Of a stretch of DNA of 64,000 nucleotides, positions 59,275 through 64,000 are shown one piece after another. Numbering within the stretch: position 1 is the stretch's first letter; every line of letters begins with the position of its first letter. A model generated the notes under the pieces. That model was not told the origin of the DNA. It was given only the letters and a program-made list of their open reading frames with translations, and made no database searches. A program made the position numbers and the translations under genes. The stretch is from Chamaesiphon sp. (GTDB lineage Bacteria > Cyanobacteriota > Cyanobacteriia > Cyanobacteriales > Chamaesiphonaceae): assembly GCA_965246715.1 (NCBI GenBank), contig CBDFFH010000027.1, forward strand, positions 145,861 through 209,860, read 5' to 3'.

Positions 59275-60027
59275 CTATTTGAGGATTGGTTGTTTGGCAA
59301 TGGTTTCCAGATCGGCTGACTGTAATAAATCGATCCAATCTTGCTGTAACTGACGATCGTTGGGTTTTTGTACTCGTTGTCGAGCTAGATTAGTTACGGC
59401 ATCATACCAAATGCCCTGCCTGACAACAGAATCGCTCGCACTAGGCAAACTCACCCGCTTTATCCAGCCATCTACATACACTCGATTGGCGGCAGCAGTC
59501 CCACAAGCTACTTTAGCTTTTAACGTCCAATGATAGTCTCGGTCTAATTGCAGCGCAGCTTTGCTGCTAGGGATGGAAACGCCAATAACTCCGACTTGTT
59601 GTGGAGTCGGGATGGGAGCACGGTAGATATCTTCACCCTGTCGATTTTGGAGGGAAAATTCTAGCGATGTTGAGGGTGGAGTAGCTGGGACAAAAAACCA
59701 TAATGTCGGGCGTTCTACGCTAGTCTGTCCCCAAACACTGTGTTCGGAAATTTGAGCTTGGGTACTTATATCTAATGGTGCTAAAGCGACTAAATTCAAG
59801 TCGCACCTGCTGTTACTCATCGAAGCACTAACTGTGCGATTGCCAGGAAAGCCTCTAGCAGGTGGTGAAGGTGGGGGCGGAACGATTTTCTTTTTCTTGA
59901 GCGGTTGAGCCACGATCGGGTCTAGTGGGATGAGGGCGAACGGTGTCGTAATTTCCAGGCTGAGTGCTACGCATAACACAACCTGTAAATATTGAAACAT
60001 TGCTTGATTCGATCGCCGCTGACGCAT
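59275..60027 (-). CDS. DUF928 domain protein
   Basis: RPTLWFFVP, YHW, GWIKRV, GIWYDA, WIDLL. Confidence 0.85.
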   Translation of the reverse strand: MRQRRSNQAMFQYLQVVLCVALSLEITTPFALIPLDPIVAQPLKKKKIVPPPPSPPARGFPGNRTVSASMSNSRCDLNLVALAPLDISTQAQISEHSVWGQTSVERPTLWFFVPATPPSTSLEFSLQNRQGEDIYRAPIPTPQQVGVIGVSIPSSKAALQLDRDYHWTLKAKVACGTAAANRVYVDGWIKRVSLPSASDSVVRQGIWYDAVTNLARQRVQKPNDRQLQQDWIDLLQSADLETIAKQPILK

Positions 60028-60035
60028 ATAGTTCC

Positions 60036-62523
60036 TTACCTAGAATTCGATCCTAAAAAGCTGGGATTAACTAATGAGAATTTAGCGGCACGCATTGAGT
60101 AAATCTTGACACAACCGCCTGTAATTAACAAGCCGCCTAGCGATGGAACTAAAGGCATCCACCAACCATAACTTGCCAATAACCAGATTGCACCACCATA
60201 GCAAATGACTAGCATACTACCAAACAAACTTATTAACAGCCAAGTATTTCGCACTCTCCACGCTAGTACAGCCCCCGTAGTAGCACAGAGTAGAACGATC
60301 GCATTATCGACCCAAAATGGCTGTACCCAGAACAATGGACGACCTTCCAAAGCCGCACTAATAAGTTGGCTAGTCACCTGTGCTTGAAAGAAGACACCAG
60401 GAATATTGCCATAAGGAGTTTTGGCAATATCTCCATAATTATCATCTGTAGTACCGATTAAAACCAGTTTATCACGCACAGCTTGCTGCAACTTATCGGC
60501 GGGTAATGTTAGTACCTCTTGCAGCGACATCGCCGGAATTGCCGATCTTAGGGAATTATCGATCGCGCGATAGTTTACGAGGATTTGATAGCCGCGATCG
60601 TCAAAATCAAATCCTTGATATCCCCCACTACGTGCGGTAAGATATTTGGAAAAATCGGCGATCGATAATTTACGTAAAAATAAATGTTCGCTCGAATTCA
60701 GATTAGAAATATGATGATTCGTACCATTCTTATTCGCAATTTTTTGCTGCCAGAGCAGTGTATCATCGCCAATTCTTAAAGTAATTTGTTGTGGATCGAG
60801 GTATAGATATTCATAGGCTAGCATCATGCTGAGTGCTAAGTCTGAATTGCAGCTAGCTCCAGGTTTAATTGATTTTGTATCCATCGATAATAGCTGTCGG
60901 CGCAAAACACCATCTGAGTCGGCGATCGTATCACCAAAGCCAAATTTACTCGCTGATGGTGGCGGAGCCTCTAGTGACTTATTCGCCATTTCTCCACTTT
61001 TGGATGCACCTGCTGTTTTACAGACCGCAGCTAAATCGCCGGATTTTAAGCTCCTATGAATTTCCGCATATTTAGGATCGATCGCATGATTTAAAAAATT
61101 GTCGATCCCGATAATTCTGGGTGCTAACGGTCTTAATTTAGTGAGTAAGCGATCGAGTGCGGCATCTGACAGCGAAGAACCAGAACTCAAACCTTGTTTG
61201 CGTTGGGTTTCATTATCTGTTGCGGCAATCTCAATTATGAGAATGTTTGAGTCTTTCTGACGTTCGGTAGGGCGCGATCGCATCGTCAGATCGAAGGCTT
61301 GGAGTTCTAGTGGTTGCAAGATTCCCAAATAGCGGATTGCCGCGATCGCGATTGTGGTAATTAAGCTACTAAATAAAACAAGCTTGAGATGATATCGATC
61401 GGTGTTTTTTTTACCCTGCAACTGGTGCCAATTAGGGGGATAACTCGTACCAGATTGATATATTGTTGGAAGCCAAGTAGCACAGGGAAATTTATCTTCT
61501 AATCCTTGGAGTCTCTCGCGCGCTTCACGTACCGACTGATAAAAAGATTTACCTTGGGAATAGAGTTCGAGAAATCCTTTGAGAAAAGTCTGTGCGACGC
61601 GATCTGGTACTGGCTCCCGCATCACGATTACTTGAGAAATTTGCAAATCGGAGAGCGATTTTGCCAATCCTAAGCCATCACAAGAATTAAAAAATAGCTA
61701 TTTTTAGCCCATTGGCGATCGCTTTTTTGAGTCCATAGCGGAGTTCTTCAATACTTAAACTATCGGTCTGATTGAGATAAATTCGACCGGAAGTATTATC
61801 GAGATCGCTAGAACTATGTCCCGCAAAAAATAAAATATCCCATTGCCGATCCCATAACCGATCTGTTAATTGCATTCGCTGCGGTTCGACTAGAAACTCG
61901 ACCTTAGCATTAGGCAGGTTTGCTAATATTTTACGATCCGATCGAGTATCGATCCCTTGACTATTACCGATAATTGCCAAGATCTGTACCTGAGATTTTG
62001 GCACTAGCTCGATTGGGTGGATCGGTTCGAGTTGGGGCGAACTTAAGACTACTTCCGTCGCACTATAACCAGCAAACAAATCGCTAACTTGCCAGGGTAA
62101 GCGGTGGAGTTGCGGATCGTCAATTTGCAACAGAAATCTGACCCGATCGCGTTCGCTAATATTTCTCGCTAAATGTTCGCGAATCTGGTGAAACGATTCG
62201 GCTTTCAACCATCGATTAAAGGAATCGATCGCGCGCTGGGCAGCATTTTGACAGCGTAAGGTCGAATCGATCGAGGAAATATTGGTAATCTGGGCGAGAT
62301 CGGCTTCTAAGCGATGGTTGGTATCGAGATCCCGATAAGTTTGTTGCCAGTGTTGATAGTCTTGCAGCAATTCTAATGCAGGTGGCAGCTCGCCTTTGCG
62401 TTCGCTAGGGTTATTTAGCCAGATCCGATCGTCGATCCAGCGTTCTTCAGCAATTTCTAGAGTTACAGAGTATCCTAGTTCGCTACTACCGTTACCAATT
62501 TTAAGTGTTATTAGTTTATTCAT
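60036..62523 (-). CDS. CHAT + CHASE2 membrane sensor protease (+1 frameshift near 61690)
   Basis: FFAGHS and the restored IFNSCDG (His/Cys dyad); CHASE2 DSDGVLRR and DKLVLIG; three C-terminal TMs. Confidence 0.85.
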
Positions 62524-62564
62524 TACCACTGCCTAAACTGCTTGCAAGATGCGACTGGTGGCAG

Positions 62565-63476
62565 CTAAATTACAAATCGTTCGGTAATTTGTGCCTCGCC
62601 GAGGACGATATTTACCACAAAGTTTTCGCCTACAGTACCTGAAAACTGCAACTGGATCGTGTCATCTGCCGCTCTCGATGTTGTCTCTAAAATGATGCGA
62701 TCTTCATCATCGATAACGCTTAGTTGAAGCTGAGGTGGCAAAGTAATTCGCTCGAATGGATGAACTTGTAAGCGAATTTGAGTGCGATCTGTAGTCGGAT
62801 CTGGTGTTAGCTCGACAACCAAAGCAACTTTATTCCCCTGTAACTGAATGCCGAGATCGAGCACTTTAGCACGGCGAATTGCATTACTTGGTACCGATCG
62901 AAAGGCAAATGCAGAAGTGGGAAATAGCGATTCGACAGTTTGCCATACTCCCTCGATCGTCTCTTGCAGCCAACGATCTAACTTAACTATTGGCTTTGCC
63001 ATCAGGCTATGCAATCGATCGAGTAACGCTTCGGGCGATCGCAGTCGAGCGGGTGAGATCGTCGCTTTAGCATAAGGCATAAATCCCTGAATCGTGGCTG
63101 TGCGTGTCTCTAGATCGAGCCGAACGAACGTGTAACCGATGCGATCGAGCCATACTTCTGGGGGAATCGGATATTCTCGATCTGCTAACGTCACCGGACG
63201 ACATTCTAATTTACCAATTCCTGTTACTGCTAAATCGGCTACATCCATACACATGCTGGCGATCGGATTCCAGCTATCTCCAGCTTGAAGATCGCTCGGA
63301 AATCCCATCATCTCTAAATAATTGTGGACTGTATATACTGCCAGAGTATTCAGAATTATCCGCTTTCTGGTAGCAGGGGGTTGCGACTGAGAAAATCGTT
63401 GGGCAACTTCGATCGCGTCACTTGTGATGGGCAACCGGAGCGCGATATTATCGGGGGTATTAAGATTGTAGGTCAT
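62565..63476 (-). CDS. DUF1822 family protein
   Basis: NTLAVYTVHNYL, GKLECRPV, DRIGY, IQLQFSG...F. Confidence 0.85.
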   Translation of the reverse strand: MTYNLNTPDNIALRLPITSDAIEVAQRFSQSQPPATRKRIILNTLAVYTVHNYLEMMGFPSDLQAGDSWNPIASMCMDVADLAVTGIGKLECRPVTLADREYPIPPEVWLDRIGYTFVRLDLETRTATIQGFMPYAKATISPARLRSPEALLDRLHSLMAKPIVKLDRWLQETIEGVWQTVESLFPTSAFAFRSVPSNAIRRAKVLDLGIQLQGNKVALVVELTPDPTTDRTQIRLQVHPFERITLPPQLQLSVIDDEDRIILETTSRAADDTIQLQFSGTVGENFVVNIVLGEAQITERFVI

Positions 63477-63494
63477 AAAAATATAAATCCTGCT

Positions 63495-64000
63495 TTATAC
63501 ATATCCCTCGGATCGACCAAAATTATGCAAGATCGGCTGACATCTTCGCTGATAAAAAGCACTCAGCGTAGAAATACTAATCCCTAATTCTTGAGAGAGA
63601 CTATTCCAACTGGTTTCTGGCGGCAATCGGCGTAAAATGAGCAGTTGACAGTTAGCCTGGGGATGTCCTGTGATATAGGTACTTCGCAACGTCCCATCAG
63701 TATCAGTTTCTACCCAAGTCTGGAGATCTTTTAATAGTGGCGGAATATCGGGAGCGGCGGGAATGGTGTCGATGACATCGATTAGCTCGCCGTCTGTTCC
63801 CAGCCTGAGCGAATCAGTGAAGGTGCGGATGTTTTCACATCTATTGATGTTTAGATCCTGCACGCGGCGTTTTAGGTAGTTATTCAGCCAAGTAACCAGA
63901 TTAGCGCGGTTGGGATCGTACCTTTGTCCGGTAGTTGCCTCACAAATATTTCGACAAAAATACAGCCAGGTTTGCTGCAAGGCATCTTCATAACCATCGA
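63495..64000 (-). CDS. Sigma-70-like (ECF-type) factor, 5' end outside the window
   Basis: YEDALQQTW...YDP....TWLNNYL; C-terminal HTH with FYQRRCQP. Confidence 0.75.
   Translation of the reverse strand, partial: DGYEDALQQTWLYFCRNICEATTGQRYDPNRANLVTWLNNYLKRRVQDLNINRCENIRTFTDSLRLGTDGELIDVIDTIPAAPDIPPLLKDLQTWVETDTDGTLRSTYITGHPQANCQLLILRRLPPETSWNSLSQELGISISTLSAFYQRRCQPILHNFGRSEGYV

Overview
A cyanobacterial accessory region, very rich in CGATCG/GCGATCGC (HIP1-type) sites, that looks like a large conjugative plasmid or ICE. 1-14 kb: MFS transporters, DarTG, an ArsR-SRPBCC operon, a relic integron with one cassette, and repeated, mostly broken AraC paralogs with redox/transport cargo. 14.3-15.8 kb: an Arm-type tyrosine integrase and a tRNA-Pro(GGG) 3' fragment, both enclosed by a ~124-bp inverted repeat that contains the att core. 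16-36 kb: RES-type TA pair, topA, a second integron (internally deleted intI, attI, three attC, one ORF-less cassette, a MazF TA cassette), a TPR-CHAT protease divergent from a 2-TM protein, truncated recD2, an RqlH/RqlI-like pair, a group II intron relic and Phd-VapC. 36.5-56.4 kb: a cyanobacterial-type T4SS region (VirB4, VirD4 and others). 57-64 kb: two more TA pairs and a sigma factor/DUF1822/CHAT-CHASE2/DUF928 module. The most notable unexplained signals are (i) at least 11 double-hairpin inserts of 22-27 nt placed at CG^ATC sites, (ii) the integrase enclosed by inverted att sites, and (iii) a ~55-aa domain shared by the VirD4 tail and the next protein. Many single-base frameshifts may be sequencing errors. 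Family assignments come from motif recognition only; no searches were run.
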